From NCBI GenBank assembly GCA_012798315.1, contig JAAZNL010000004.1, positions 1 to 62,279 of the forward strand: DNA of 62,279 bases, read 5' to 3'. How positions within the stretch are numbered: the first letter of the stretch is position 1; every line of letters begins with the position of its first letter. Below the pieces are notes generated by a model, which ran no database searches, was not told the origin of the DNA, and worked only from the letters and a program-made list of their open reading frames with translations. The DNA is from a candidate division WWE3 bacterium. GTDB taxonomy: Bacteria; Patescibacteriota; WWE3; UBA101185; UBA10185. The position numbers were made by a program, and so were the translations under genes. Below, in pieces: positions 53,500 through 62,279 of this stretch.

Positions 53500-54711
53500 A
53501 TGCTGCCCAATTCTGCAAAACCAAAACGGAATAGAAAGGTTTCGAGAAAAGGAGATTATTTCGTTTTTTCGAATTTTAAAACCGGTGATAAAGGTTTATT
53601 GATGGTTGTCGCAGGTTTGCTGATCGCGGGTTTGGTTGTAATTTATAGTTCTACTGTAGTTCATTCTCAAAATGTCTTTAACGACCCTTATAGATTTGTA
53701 GTTTTACAACTTGGCTGGATAATAATAAGTTTATTCGGATTTTTCTTTTTCTATAATTTTAACTATGACCACGTTCGCAGATTGAGTTATGTTTTTATGG
53801 GACTCACTGTTTTTTTTCTATTTATATTATCGATATCAGGAATATTACCTTGTGACATGAGCAATGTTTTTATGCCGTGTATCAATGAGGCTAACCGTTG
53901 GTTTATTTTAAACCCATCTCCACTGCCTCAATTACCTATTATAGGCGAATTAGGTTTTCAGCCTTCGGAATTTGCTAAACTTTCGCTGATTTTATTTCTT
54001 AGCGCTAACATCCCAATATTAATTAAAAGCAGAAAAACACCGTTTGTGTTCTATATTATAGCCACAGGGTTAGTATCATTATTAGTCTTATTACAACCCA
54101 ATATGTCAACCGCAGTTACGCTTTTCTTAATAGGAAGTACTATTTATTTTTGTTCGGGGGCATCGTTAAAACCGGCTTTCCTGATGGTTCCTCTGGGTTT
54201 GGTGTTAGCTATAGTGTTTATTCTTACATCGCCATATCGGCGCGAACGTCTAATGACTTTTGTCCAGGGTTATGGAACAGGTGATGATTTATCCTCGGGT
54301 TACCAAATAAAACAAGTATCAATAGCCCTGGGAAATGGCGGATTATTGGGTGTGGGGTTTGGGCAGTCTAAACAAAAATATTATCTACCGGAGGTTTCCT
54401 CGGATTCTATTTTCGCAATAATCGGAGAGGAATTTGGATTTATTGGCAGTATCGCATTTTTGTCTGCTTATATTTTTTTGCTTTATAGAGGATTCAAGAT
54501 TGCTTTGGAACAGGACGATGATGCCCGAAGGTTATTATGCGTAGGTGTTACAACTTGGCTGGGGGTACAACTGCTTATTCACGTTTCAGCAAATTCTTCT
54601 CTAATTCCTTATACCGGAGTTCCTATACCTTTAGTATCTTACGGGGGATCGTCAATGCTTTTTAGTTTAATGGGATTGGGAATATTAGCAGGATTAAGCA
54701 AACGTTCCTGA
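53500..54711 (+). CDS. ftsW: SEDS family peptidoglycan glycosyltransferase FtsW/RodA
   Basis: Motifs FQPSEFAKL, SDSIFAIIGEEFGFIG and PYTGVPIPLVSYGGSSM match the SEDS family. It occupies the dcw position after mraY. Confidence 0.88.
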   Translation: MLPNSAKPKRNRKVSRKGDYFVFSNFKTGDKGLLMVVAGLLIAGLVVIYSSTVVHSQNVFNDPYRFVVLQLGWIIISLFGFFFFYNFNYDHVRRLSYVFMGLTVFFLFILSISGILPCDMSNVFMPCINEANRWFILNPSPLPQLPIIGELGFQPSEFAKLSLILFLSANIPILIKSRKTPFVFYIIATGLVSLLVLLQPNMSTAVTLFLIGSTIYFCSGASLKPAFLMVPLGLVLAIVFILTSPYRRERLMTFVQGYGTGDDLSSGYQIKQVSIALGNGGLLGVGFGQSKQKYYLPEVSSDSIFAIIGEEFGFIGSIAFLSAYIFLLYRGFKIALEQDDDARRLLCVGVTTWLGVQLLIHVSANSSLIPYTGVPIPLVSYGGSSMLFSLMGLGILAGLSKRS

Positions 54712-54734
54712 GCCGGATATACTATACTAGTTGT

Positions 54735-55841
54735 ATGAAACTAGTAATTACAGGAGGGCATCATTCTTCCGCTTTACCGGTAATAGCTTTGATTAAAAAA
54801 GAGCACCCCGATTGGGAGTTGTACTGGTTTGGACACAGGCATTCTCTCAAAAACGACAAAAACGATTCTTTAGAATACAGAGAGATTAGTTCACTAAATA
54901 TTCCTTTTTTCGATTTACATACCGGCAAGGTTTATAAGGTATATAACCCTTTTAAGGTATTAAAAGTCTTTGGTGGGCTGATTCAAGCTTATAATATTTT
55001 GCGGGTTATAAAGCCCGATTTGATACTTTCATTCGGCGGTTATTTGGCGGTACCGGTAGTTTTATCGGGGAATTTGCTTGGAATTAAATCTATCACGCAT
55101 GAACAGACACTTGTTGCGGGTTACGCAAATAAAGTAATAGCTAAGTTTGCCGCTAAAATATTATTATCCTGGGACAGCTCCAAAATATATTTTCCCCAGA
55201 ATAAAGTTGTTGTGACAGGCTTGCCCCTTAGAGAGACTATATTTAATGTAAAATCCAACAGCTTTACCGCGGACAATGCGCTCCCTTATATTTTTGTTAT
55301 GGGAGGAAAAAGCGGATCACACTTGCTTAACGTTGTATTTAAAGAAGCCTTGCCGGAATTGCTCAAAAAATATAATGTAATACACCAATGTGGAGATTAT
55401 TCGGTTTACAATGATTACGAGAAATTAGTTAAATATTATTCAGGTATTAAATCTTCGGTGTCCGGAAAATATTTTGTTCAAAAATTTATTCTCGAGAATG
55501 AAATCGGGGAGGCTTACAACAAGGCAAATATTATTGTTTCCAGGTCGGGCGCGCATACCATTGCGGAAATTTTGGCTTTAAAAAAACGGGCCCTACTTAT
55601 TCCTATACCCTGGGTTTCTCACAATGAACAGTATATAAATGCAGATTACGTAAAAAACCTAGGTCTCGCGGATATATTGCTGGAAAAAGATCTTGATGTT
55701 GAGAATCTAATAAATAAAATCGATTTGGTACTAAAAAAGAATGACAGCCAAGTTTCAGATTTATACGGTGATCTGAGCCGAGAAGCTGCCGAAAAAATAT
55801 TAAATGAAATTATCCTCGCCCATAAAGAGAAAAAAGCTTGA
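54735..55841 (+). CDS. murG: undecaprenyldiphospho-muramoylpentapeptide beta-N-acetylglucosaminyltransferase
   Basis: Motifs ITGGHHSSALPV, FGGYLAVPVVL, SRSGAHTIAEILALKKRALLIPIP and HNEQYINA match MurG. A TATACT hexamer (54723-54728) lies 6 nt upstream of the ATG. Confidence 0.88.
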   Translation: MKLVITGGHHSSALPVIALIKKEHPDWELYWFGHRHSLKNDKNDSLEYREISSLNIPFFDLHTGKVYKVYNPFKVLKVFGGLIQAYNILRVIKPDLILSFGGYLAVPVVLSGNLLGIKSITHEQTLVAGYANKVIAKFAAKILLSWDSSKIYFPQNKVVVTGLPLRETIFNVKSNSFTADNALPYIFVMGGKSGSHLLNVVFKEALPELLKKYNVIHQCGDYSVYNDYEKLVKYYSGIKSSVSGKYFVQKFILENEIGEAYNKANIIVSRSGAHTIAEILALKKRALLIPIPWVSHNEQYINADYVKNLGLADILLEKDLDVENLINKIDLVLKKNDSQVSDLYGDLSREAAEKILNEIILAHKEKKA

Positions 55842-56631
55842 AATTAAACCGGTAAAGTTATCATACTATTCGCATACTTCGGATAATAAAAATAGTTTCC
55901 CGGTTAAACCAATACCTAGACGGCTTAGAAGCGCCGTAAAAATTGTAGCCTGTTTTATATTTGCAGGTGCATTAATTCCATTTATTTATTATTTAATAAA
56001 CGCAAATAATTTTTTGGAAGTTACTGAGGTAGTAGTATACGGAGAAGACAACTTTGTACCGGTCAAAGAAGTCCTTACATATTCAGAAAGTAAGGTTTTG
56101 GGAAAATCCATCCTAAGTCTTAGTACTAAAGAGTATGAAAAATACATAAAGGACACATTTCTTGCCGTTGACAAGGCAAGTATGAAAATTAAGTGGCCGA
56201 ATAAAATAATTGTAAATATAACAGAAAGAATTCCTGTCGCCATTTTGGATAATTACGGGAATAAATTTTTTGTAGATAAAGAAGGCTATGTGATGAAACA
56301 GCTATCTGAAGATTCTTATAATTATCCGGAAATTGTTTATGAAGAAAAGGTAAATGTCGGGCAATTTATAAATCAAAATATAGTTCCGCTTAGCGTCGAA
56401 CTTAATAAACATGCTAAAGATTCAAATTTGGTCATTAATAAAATGCAATTTAATAGTCAGTACATATCTCTTAATATAAATGATAATATTGTAGTCGACT
56501 TATCTTTACAGAAGGATAACGTACTAGCTATGAAGCAGATTAGCGCGATTATTCAAAAGACCTCATCGGAAGGCCAAAAACTAAGGAAAGTCGATTTACG
56601 ATTCGAAAAAGTAATAGTATTATATGACTAA
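55804..56631 (+). CDS. ftsQ: FtsQ/DivIB-like cell division protein (POTRA domain)
   Basis: It has one transmembrane helix followed by a POTRA-like segment (VTEVVVYGEDNFVPVKEV...KIKWPNKIIVNITERIPVAIL). It sits between murG and ftsA and overlaps the murG 3' end by 38 nt. Confidence 0.65.
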   Translation: MKLSSPIKRKKLEIKPVKLSYYSHTSDNKNSFPVKPIPRRLRSAVKIVACFIFAGALIPFIYYLINANNFLEVTEVVVYGEDNFVPVKEVLTYSESKVLGKSILSLSTKEYEKYIKDTFLAVDKASMKIKWPNKIIVNITERIPVAILDNYGNKFFVDKEGYVMKQLSEDSYNYPEIVYEEKVNVGQFINQNIVPLSVELNKHAKDSNLVINKMQFNSQYISLNINDNIVVDLSLQKDNVLAMKQISAIIQKTSSEGQKLRKVDLRFEKVIVLYD

Positions 56632-56633
56632 CT

Positions 56634-57887
56634 ATGGCCAAAGATAAAATAATCACCGGTATTGACATAGGTTCAACTAAGATTAGCACCACAATAGCTT
56701 CGGTATCAGAAAACAAGATTTCGGTTATCGGCGTTTCAGGAAACGTAGAATCTAAGGGAATAAAAAAAGGCAATGTCGTAGATATAGATGCTGCCGTAGA
56801 GGCTATCTTATCCAGCTTAGAAAGAGCTGAAAGAATGGCTGGTGTGTCTGTATCTTCCGTTTTTATCACCGTTAACGGCAGCCATATTGAAACTTTAAAT
56901 TCTCATGGTGTTGTAGCTGTATCACCGACTCAAAGTTCAGAAATTACCCAGGAAGATGTTGCCCGTGTTGTAGAAGCAGCACAAGCGGTTTCAATCCCAT
57001 CAACAAGAGAAATTATTCACGTAATTCCCAGGGATTTCATAGTAGATTCGCAGGACGGAATAAAAGATCCCGTAGGAATGTCGGGTGTTCGATTAGAAGT
57101 TGAGACAAACATCATTCATGGCTCTTCAACCGCGATTCGTAATTTAGTTAAGTGCGTAACTCAGGCGGGCGTGGATGTAGAAGAAATGGTTTATACGGGT
57201 ATCGCGTCAGCGGAAGCTGTTTTAACCGATACAGAAAAGGAGTTGGGAACTTTGTTGGTAGATATTGGTGGGGGGACGACCTCCATCGTTGCTTTTCTGG
57301 AGGGTAGCCCGGTTTATTCTTGCGTTTTACCCATAGGTGGCAAGCTGATTTCTCAGGATTTAGCAATAGGCTTGAGAGCGCGCCTTGAAGATGCGGAGAA
57401 AATAAAAATTAAGTTGAGCAATGATGCTGCTTTAAAAATGATAGATCCTTCAAAAAAGTCCGATGAATTTGATGTTTCAGAATTTGGCTTGGAAGTTGAT
57501 TCCATATCAAAAAATTTGCTTTATAAAATAATAGATGCCCGTTTGGAAGAAATTTTTAGATTAATAGCGTTGGAAATATCAAAGGTAAATTTAACAGGAA
57601 AACTTCCGGCGGGTGTGGTTGTTACCGGTGGGGGTGCATTAACTTCGGGTGTAGAAAGAATGGCAAAATACACGCTTAAGGTTCCTACACGCATTGGTGT
57701 TCCAAAAGGAGTAACCGGATTGATCGATGAGATTCAAAGTCCAGGCTCTTCGGCTGTGGTCGGAACGATTTTATACGGAAGTAATTTAATTAGAAGCGGA
57801 TCACTGTTGTCTTTTGAAAATAATAAAGGTAATATGAAAAAGAGTATATCTAAAATTATTGAAAAATTTAAATCCTTCCTGCCCTAA
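56634..57887 (+). CDS. ftsA: cell division protein FtsA
   Basis: It has the actin-like ATPase motifs GIDIGSTKIS, LVDIGGGTTS and VVTGGGA, and lies directly upstream of ftsZ. Confidence 0.92.
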   Translation: MAKDKIITGIDIGSTKISTTIASVSENKISVIGVSGNVESKGIKKGNVVDIDAAVEAILSSLERAERMAGVSVSSVFITVNGSHIETLNSHGVVAVSPTQSSEITQEDVARVVEAAQAVSIPSTREIIHVIPRDFIVDSQDGIKDPVGMSGVRLEVETNIIHGSSTAIRNLVKCVTQAGVDVEEMVYTGIASAEAVLTDTEKELGTLLVDIGGGTTSIVAFLEGSPVYSCVLPIGGKLISQDLAIGLRARLEDAEKIKIKLSNDAALKMIDPSKKSDEFDVSEFGLEVDSISKNLLYKIIDARLEEIFRLIALEISKVNLTGKLPAGVVVTGGGALTSGVERMAKYTLKVPTRIGVPKGVTGLIDEIQSPGSSAVVGTILYGSNLIRSGSLLSFENNKGNMKKSISKIIEKFKSFLP

Positions 57888-57902
57888 AAAATTTAACATT
57901 AT

Positions 57903-59045
57903 ATGCACGTTAAACCTGAAATCGAAAGGTTCGCAAAAATTAGAGTTATCGGAGTAGGCGGCGCCGGCGGCAACGTTATTAACTCTATGATAGATTCCCA
58001 ACAAATAAACGGTGTTGAGTTTATCGCCGTAAATACTGATGCGCAAGATTTATCGGTGAATAAAGCTTTTGTAAAAATTCCAATCGGTCAGGAGATTACG
58101 AACGGTCTTGGTGCAGGGGCAGACCCTGAAATCGGGCGCAAAGCCGCCGAAGAGTCTGAAGAAGTTATAAAAGCAAACCTTGAAGGTGCGGATATGGTGT
58201 TTATAACGGCAGGAATGGGCGGCGGTACAGGGACAGGCGCGTCTCCTGTAATTGCGAAAGTAGCAAAACAGATTGGCGCTCTTACCATTGGTGTTGTTAC
58301 AAAACCTTTCGCTTTTGAAGGAGCTCAGAGAGTCCGCAATGCAGAAACCGGTATAGATGAACTTCGCCGCGAGGTTGATGCCTTAATCACAATACCAAAT
58401 CAAAAACTTTTGGAAATCGCGGATGAAAACATGTCCGTTATCGATGCGTTCAAAATGTCCGATAGCGTTTTGAATCAGGGAGTCCAGGGAATTGCCGATC
58501 TGATTGTAATGCCGGGTTTAATTAATGTTGACTTTGCCGATGTCAAAACTGTAATGAAGGACGCGGGTACCGCCTTGATGGGTATTGGTATAGGTACGGG
58601 AGAAGGCCGCGCCGAGAATGCAGCTCGTGAGGCCATTTCTTCACCGTTGCTGGAACAATCTATTAAGGGAGCTACAGGAATTCTCTTTAACGTTATTGGC
58701 GGCAGAGATATGACTATGAAGGAAGTAGACAAGGCGGCAAATATTATTTCTCAGGTTGCAAGTCCCGAAGCAAATATTATTTTCGGAACTACTGTAGATG
58801 AGAAATATAATAATCAAATCAAGATTACTGTAATAGCAACCGGTTTCGAAACACCGGAAATGAAGGGCAGTATGGGACTTCCAAATGCATTTGCAAAAAC
58901 GGTATTGCCGAAAAAGGAAGAACCTAAAACAGATTTTGAAAGACATGAGGAGACCCCGGAAAAAAAGGAAACATGGAAGCCCGGTGAGCCTGAAAACGAT
59001 CTTGAAAGTAAGTATGATATCCCGGCTTTTTTAAGAGGTCGTTAG
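57903..59045 (+). CDS. ftsZ: cell division GTPase FtsZ
   Basis: It has GVGGAGGN, the tubulin signature [20 protein letters not shown], and the C-terminal peptide DIPAFLR. Confidence 0.97.
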   Translation: MHVKPEIERFAKIRVIGVGGAGGNVINSMIDSQQINGVEFIAVNTDAQDLSVNKAFVKIPIGQEITNGLGAGADPEIGRKAAEESEEVIKANLEGADMVFITAGMGGGTGTGASPVIAKVAKQIGALTIGVVTKPFAFEGAQRVRNAETGIDELRREVDALITIPNQKLLEIADENMSVIDAFKMSDSVLNQGVQGIADLIVMPGLINVDFADVKTVMKDAGTALMGIGIGTGEGRAENAAREAISSPLLEQSIKGATGILFNVIGGRDMTMKEVDKAANIISQVASPEANIIFGTTVDEKYNNQIKITVIATGFETPEMKGSMGLPNAFAKTVLPKKEEPKTDFERHEETPEKKETWKPGEPENDLESKYDIPAFLRGR

Positions 59046-59072
59046 TTTTTATGGTGATGACAGCAAAGTAAG

Positions 59073-59081
59073 TTATCCACA
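59073..59081 (+). promoter_or_regulatory. consensus DnaA box TTATCCACA in the ftsZ-nrdJ intergenic region
   Basis: This is a perfect 9/9 match to the TTATCCACA consensus. It lies about 170 nt upstream of the nrdJ start in a very AT-rich 200-bp spacer. Confidence 0.35.
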
Positions 59082-59248
59082 GTTGAAATATCAATAAAAG
59101 CTTTTGTCGGATTACAGATTATCTATTTGTCGTCCATTTTCTTTTGTGATTTTATTTAATAACAACGTAATAAATTAATTTAATTTATCACGGGCCGACA
59201 TCCTTTATGCAGTGAAAGGGTGCCGACTCATGAATAAATGGTCTGCCT

Positions 59249-61681
59249 ATGTATTCAGAGCAGTCGGGTTCTAGCACCCAGATAACGAAGCTTGTAAAAA
59301 ATACAGATATCAAATTTTCAGATAATGCCCGCGTAATCTTAGAAAAGCGATATTTACTTAAAGATTCCACAGGTAAAACGGCTGAAACTCCCGAGCAAAT
59401 GTTTGACCGTATAGCGAATGTAGTTGCTGAACCTGACAGACCCTATCGGGATGTAGAAGTTACTAAAATCGAATTTTTTAATTTATTATCTACTAAAAAG
59501 TTTTTTCCGAATTCACCTACTTTTACGGGTGCAGGGACTCCTCTAGGTCAATTAGCTGCGTGTTTTGTATTGCCTATTTCAGACGATTTAGGCAGGGAGC
59601 GTTCCAGTATTTTTGAAACGCTTAGGGTTGCCGCTTTAATTCAACAAACCGGTGGTGGAAACGGATTTTCTTTTTCTTCCTTACGACCTAAAGGTACTCT
59701 TGTAGCAAAAAGCCGAGGTAAAGCCACAGGTCCTGTAGGTTTTCTGCAGGTTTACGATGCTGCATTTGGAGAAGTAGCTCAAGGTGGCGTTCGAAGAGGA
59801 GCAAACATGGGAGTTTTGAGTGTTGAACATCCTGATATTAGAGACTTTATCAAATGTAAATCGCAGGAAGGCAAGGTAGCCAATTTTAATATCTCAGTTG
59901 CGATCACTGACAAATTTATGGAGGCTGTTAAAAAAGACGAAACTTACGATTTAATTGATCCCCACTCAGGTCAGGTAGTTGAATCACCGCGGGCACGCGA
60001 AATATTTAATATGATAGTTGACTATGCGTACAAAAACGGCGAGCCCGGAGTACTTTTTATTGACGCAGCTAATAGGTCCAATCCGGTACCGCATTTGTAC
60101 ACATTAGAGGCAACTAATCCTTGTGGCGAGCAATGGCTTGGCCCTTACGAAAACTGCTGTTTGGGTTCTATTAATCTTGGTCAACACGTAGATGTAAATG
60201 GTCTGCTGGACTGGGAAGCCTTGAAAGAAAGCACAATTTTATCTACCAGATTTTTAGATAACGTAGTTACAGCTAATCGATATGTACCCGAAGTTCCGGA
60301 ACTACGGGAATCTGCCGAGAACCCCCGCAGAATCGGCCTTGGGATTATGGGTTTAGCCGACCTTATGTACTCAATGAATATAAGGTACGGGAGTCCTATG
60401 GGACAGGAATTTGCCGCACAGGTTATGGAATTTATCCGATTTTACTCGATGAAGACTTCAATTGAGTTAGCTAAGGAAAGAGGGCCTTTTCTGAAAATTA
60501 AAAACAGCATTTACGATCCTGAAAACCTAAAATGGACGCCCCCGCAGCCGTTAAAACAATTTAAACACGACTTTGGAAGACCGTTAATAAACTGGGATGA
60601 GATAGTTTTAGGTATTAAAACTTATGGAATTAGAAATGCAGCACAAACTACGGTAGCTCCAACTGGAACTATTTCAACGGTGGCGGGCATAGAGGGTTAC
60701 GGTTGCGAGCCAGTGTTTGCTTTAGCTTATACCAGAAATGTTTATCAGGCGGCAGGAGATGAAAATAAACTTACATTAACTTACGTAAGCCCTTTGTTCC
60801 AGCAAGCTATTGATTCACTAGATTTAGATCCGGATGCAAAACGAAATATTATCGACGAGGTGGTAAGAAGTGGTTCATGCCAGGGAATAGCGGAATTACC
60901 TCAGTATATAAAAGATGTTTTTGTTGTTTCAGCCGATATAACGCCGGAAGAACATATACACATGCAAACATCAATTCAGGCATTTGTAGATAATTCTATT
61001 TCAAAAACCTGTAACTTTCCTGAAACTGCAACCAAAGAAGATGTGGCAAAAGTCTACCAAATGGGGTGGGAACTCGGTGCTAAGGGACTGACTGTTTATG
61101 TTGCGGGCAGCCGGTCGGAAGTTGTATTGGAAACCGCAGAGACTAAGAACAAAAAAGAAAGTCCTCAGGCTATGGAAGAGACCTATAAACATGAGCGAGG
61201 TTACAAACTCTCCGGATCCACATATAAACTCCAGACCCCACAGGGAAAAGCCTTTATTACAGTTAATAAAGATGATCAGGAACGTCCGGTAGAGGTGTTC
61301 GTTAATGTGGGTAAAGCCGGAACGGATGTAGCCGCTTTGTCAGAAGCATTGGGGCGTTTGATTTCAGGTTGGTTAACGGTTTCAAGGGATTCCACACGAA
61401 CGGCAAAAGAGATTGTATCCCAACTTGTCGGAATAGGTGGCGCAAAATCCGTTGGATTTGGAAAAAATAGAGTTAGTTCAATACCCGATGCCGTCGCTAA
61501 AGTAATAGCCGAAGATCTTGGTATAGAAGTGAGAACAAACGGTTCAAATCACATTGAAGAAGAGAAAAAGGAGATTACGGTCTTTTCCTACACTGATATG
61601 TGCCCTGAATGTGGCAACTCCACTTTGGTACAAGAAGAGGGTTGTATGAAATGCTACAACTGCGGATATAGCGCATGCTAG
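59249..61681 (+). CDS. nrdJ: adenosylcobalamin-dependent (class II) ribonucleotide reductase
   Basis: Motifs [16 protein letters not shown], the catalytic region [28 protein letters not shown] and a C-terminal Cys cluster (CPECGN...[12 protein letters not shown]) match class II RNR. I saw no intein-like insertion. Confidence 0.92.
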   Translation: MYSEQSGSSTQITKLVKNTDIKFSDNARVILEKRYLLKDSTGKTAETPEQMFDRIANVVAEPDRPYRDVEVTKIEFFNLLSTKKFFPNSPTFTGAGTPLGQLAACFVLPISDDLGRERSSIFETLRVAALIQQTGGGNGFSFSSLRPKGTLVAKSRGKATGPVGFLQVYDAAFGEVAQGGVRRGANMGVLSVEHPDIRDFIKCKSQEGKVANFNISVAITDKFMEAVKKDETYDLIDPHSGQVVESPRAREIFNMIVDYAYKNGEPGVLFIDAANRSNPVPHLYTLEATNPCGEQWLGPYENCCLGSINLGQHVDVNGLLDWEALKESTILSTRFLDNVVTANRYVPEVPELRESAENPRRIGLGIMGLADLMYSMNIRYGSPMGQEFAAQVMEFIRFYSMKTSIELAKERGPFLKIKNSIYDPENLKWTPPQPLKQFKHDFGRPLINWDEIVLGIKTYGIRNAAQTTVAPTGTISTVAGIEGYGCEPVFALAYTRNVYQAAGDENKLTLTYVSPLFQQAIDSLDLDPDAKRNIIDEVVRSGSCQGIAELPQYIKDVFVVSADITPEEHIHMQTSIQAFVDNSISKTCNFPETATKEDVAKVYQMGWELGAKGLTVYVAGSRSEVVLETAETKNKKESPQAMEETYKHERGYKLSGSTYKLQTPQGKAFITVNKDDQERPVEVFVNVGKAGTDVAALSEALGRLISGWLTVSRDSTRTAKEIVSQLVGIGGAKSVGFGKNRVSSIPDAVAKVIAEDLGIEVRTNGSNHIEEEKKEITVFSYTDMCPECGNSTLVQEEGCMKCYNCGYSAC

Positions 61682-61743
61682 ACACGCAGGGTGGTCGATA
61701 ACCACACAACTTCGGGTATTCGGCTTGCTAAATCCAACGTTTT

Positions 61744-61752
61744 TGTTATAAG
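61744..61752 (+). promoter_or_regulatory. extended -10 promoter element TGtTATAAG, 6 nt upstream of ATG 61759
   Basis: The sequence TGTTATAAG is followed by TCTTGT and then ATG. Confidence 0.4.
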
Positions 61753-61758
61753 TCTTGT

Positions 61759-62279
61759 ATGACCGTTTATACAAAAAAAGGGGATACAGGAAAAACGGGT
61801 ACGCTTAAAGGTATAGGATCAAAAACCGATGCTGTATATGCTGTTTTAGGCACATTAGATGAGTTAAATGCCAGTCTGGGCGTGTTACACCAATCCCGTT
61901 CAACGTTATTAAAAAAACAGGTTATAGAAATACAATCCGATTTATTTATGCTGGGTTCGTGGTTAGCCGGAAGTCCTAAAGCGGAGATTTTCGGAAGACA
62001 TTTAGCAAAAAAAGTAGCCGGCTTTGAGAACTATATTGATGAAATGGACGCTCAAAATAAACCCATTAAGAATTTTATTTTACCGGGTGGAAGCTTTGAG
62101 TCGGGCTTTTTGCATATATCCCGCACGGTTTCCCGAAGACTTGAAAGACAGCTGGTTCTTTATTTTGATAAACACAAGCAGAAAGGCTCAGAAGATATAC
62201 TAAAATACGCAAATAGGCTTTCGGATTATTTGTTTGTGTTAGCCCGCTATTACAATAAAAAAGGTAGGGGCGACATACT
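61759..62279 (+). CDS. PduO-type ATP:cob(I)alamin adenosyltransferase (3' end outside window; absent from the supplied ORF track)
   Basis: My manual translation is MTVYTKKGDTGKTGTLKG...AVLGTLDELNASLGVL...IQSDLFMLGSWLA...NFILPGGSFESGFLHISRTVSRRLER...YANRLSDYLFVLARYYN. It matches the PduO/MMAB-type pattern (YT+.GD.G.T, G.vDELN, FILPGG, LH.aRtv.RR.ER, NRLSD.LFvlAR). The frame is open to the window end. Confidence 0.88.
   Translation, partial: MTVYTKKGDTGKTGTLKGIGSKTDAVYAVLGTLDELNASLGVLHQSRSTLLKKQVIEIQSDLFMLGSWLAGSPKAEIFGRHLAKKVAGFENYIDEMDAQNKPIKNFILPGGSFESGFLHISRTVSRRLERQLVLYFDKHKQKGSEDILKYANRLSDYLFVLARYYNKKGRGDI

Noticed and set aside
59046-59248. Replication origin (oriC) between ftsZ and nrdJ
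   Set aside because: There is only one perfect DnaA box, and the other matches are 5-6 of 9. No dnaA or dnaN gene is nearby, and I saw no clear 13-mer-type unwinding repeats. A regulatory DnaA site or chance is more parsimonious.
59190-59275. Cobalamin riboswitch, or a start-codon-sequestering hairpin, in front of nrdJ
   Set aside because: GGTCTGCC weakly resembles the end of a B12 box, and CCGACT (59223-59228) can pair with AGTCGG (59262-59267). The conserved riboswitch core is absent, and a 6-bp stem is within chance. A B12-dependent RNR is not an expected target of B12 repression. A promoter-like TGaATAAAT 9 nt before the ATG would also place most of this sequence outside the mRNA.
59249-61681. 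Intein or other insertion in nrdJ, and similarly in uvrA and uvrB
   Set aside because: The lengths are within the normal range for the families, and I saw no intein block motifs. uvrB has only a short insertion (around LPEERRGDHLRTYTQDPADYSNHREREG).
61682-61758. Terminator hairpin after nrdJ (GTGGT-CGATA-ACCAC)
   Set aside because: The stem is only 5 bp and no U-tract follows, so it cannot be distinguished from chance.
1-62279. CRISPR arrays, transposases, integrases, prophage or defence-system genes, and rRNA/tRNA genes
   Set aside because: No spaced identical repeats, recombinase motifs or nuclease/ATPase defence modules were seen. The spacers apart from 26573-27040 are too short or too AT-rich for tRNA or rRNA genes. 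A by-eye scan cannot exclude very short elements.

Overview
This is an AT-rich, gene-dense bacterial segment that uses the standard genetic code, since TGA serves as a stop codon. Many genes share overlapping stop and start codons. The gene content suggests a small-genome, Patescibacteria/CPR-like organism, but that is inference only. Positions 1-24395 form one large cell-surface glycan or glycosylation island. It holds an AsnB-like amidotransferase (partial at the left edge), nine GT-B/GT4-like glycosyltransferases, an FkbM methyltransferase, a Wzx-type flippase, a small PglC-type phosphoglycosyltransferase and a DUF4012-like protein. It also holds four large polytopic GT-C-like membrane proteins, one of which is an O-antigen-ligase-like (Wzy_C) plus ArnT/PMT-like fusion. 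The rest of the window is housekeeping: recO, glyQS, a dcw division/cell-wall cluster split into two blocks (mraZ-rsmH-ftsL-ftsI and murA-mraY-ftsW-murG-ftsQ-ftsA-ftsZ) with no Mur ligases, and yraN. It continues with a minimal two-component pair, a phosphomannomutase, ppsA-eno with a convergent gpmA-like gene, dedA, lexA with a tightly coupled unknown gene, and uvrB, a class A PBP, uvrA, a secreted transglutaminase and uvrC. It ends with secG, a class II (B12-dependent) ribonucleotide reductase, and a PduO-type cobalamin adenosyltransferase that runs off the right edge and is missing from the ORF track. I saw no rRNA, tRNA, CRISPR array, transposase or integrase. The most interesting signals are the GT-C-rich glycan island and its fusion protein, and a recurrent -10 box placed 6-8 nt before the start codon, which implies leaderless transcripts. 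Others are a helically phased TGG(A/T)(T/G) repeat array upstream of mraZ, a 470-bp unexplained intergenic region, a recO with no canonical start codon, a MurA lacking the catalytic Cys/Asp loop residue, and a lexA-linked uvrB/uvrA/uvrC neighbourhood.
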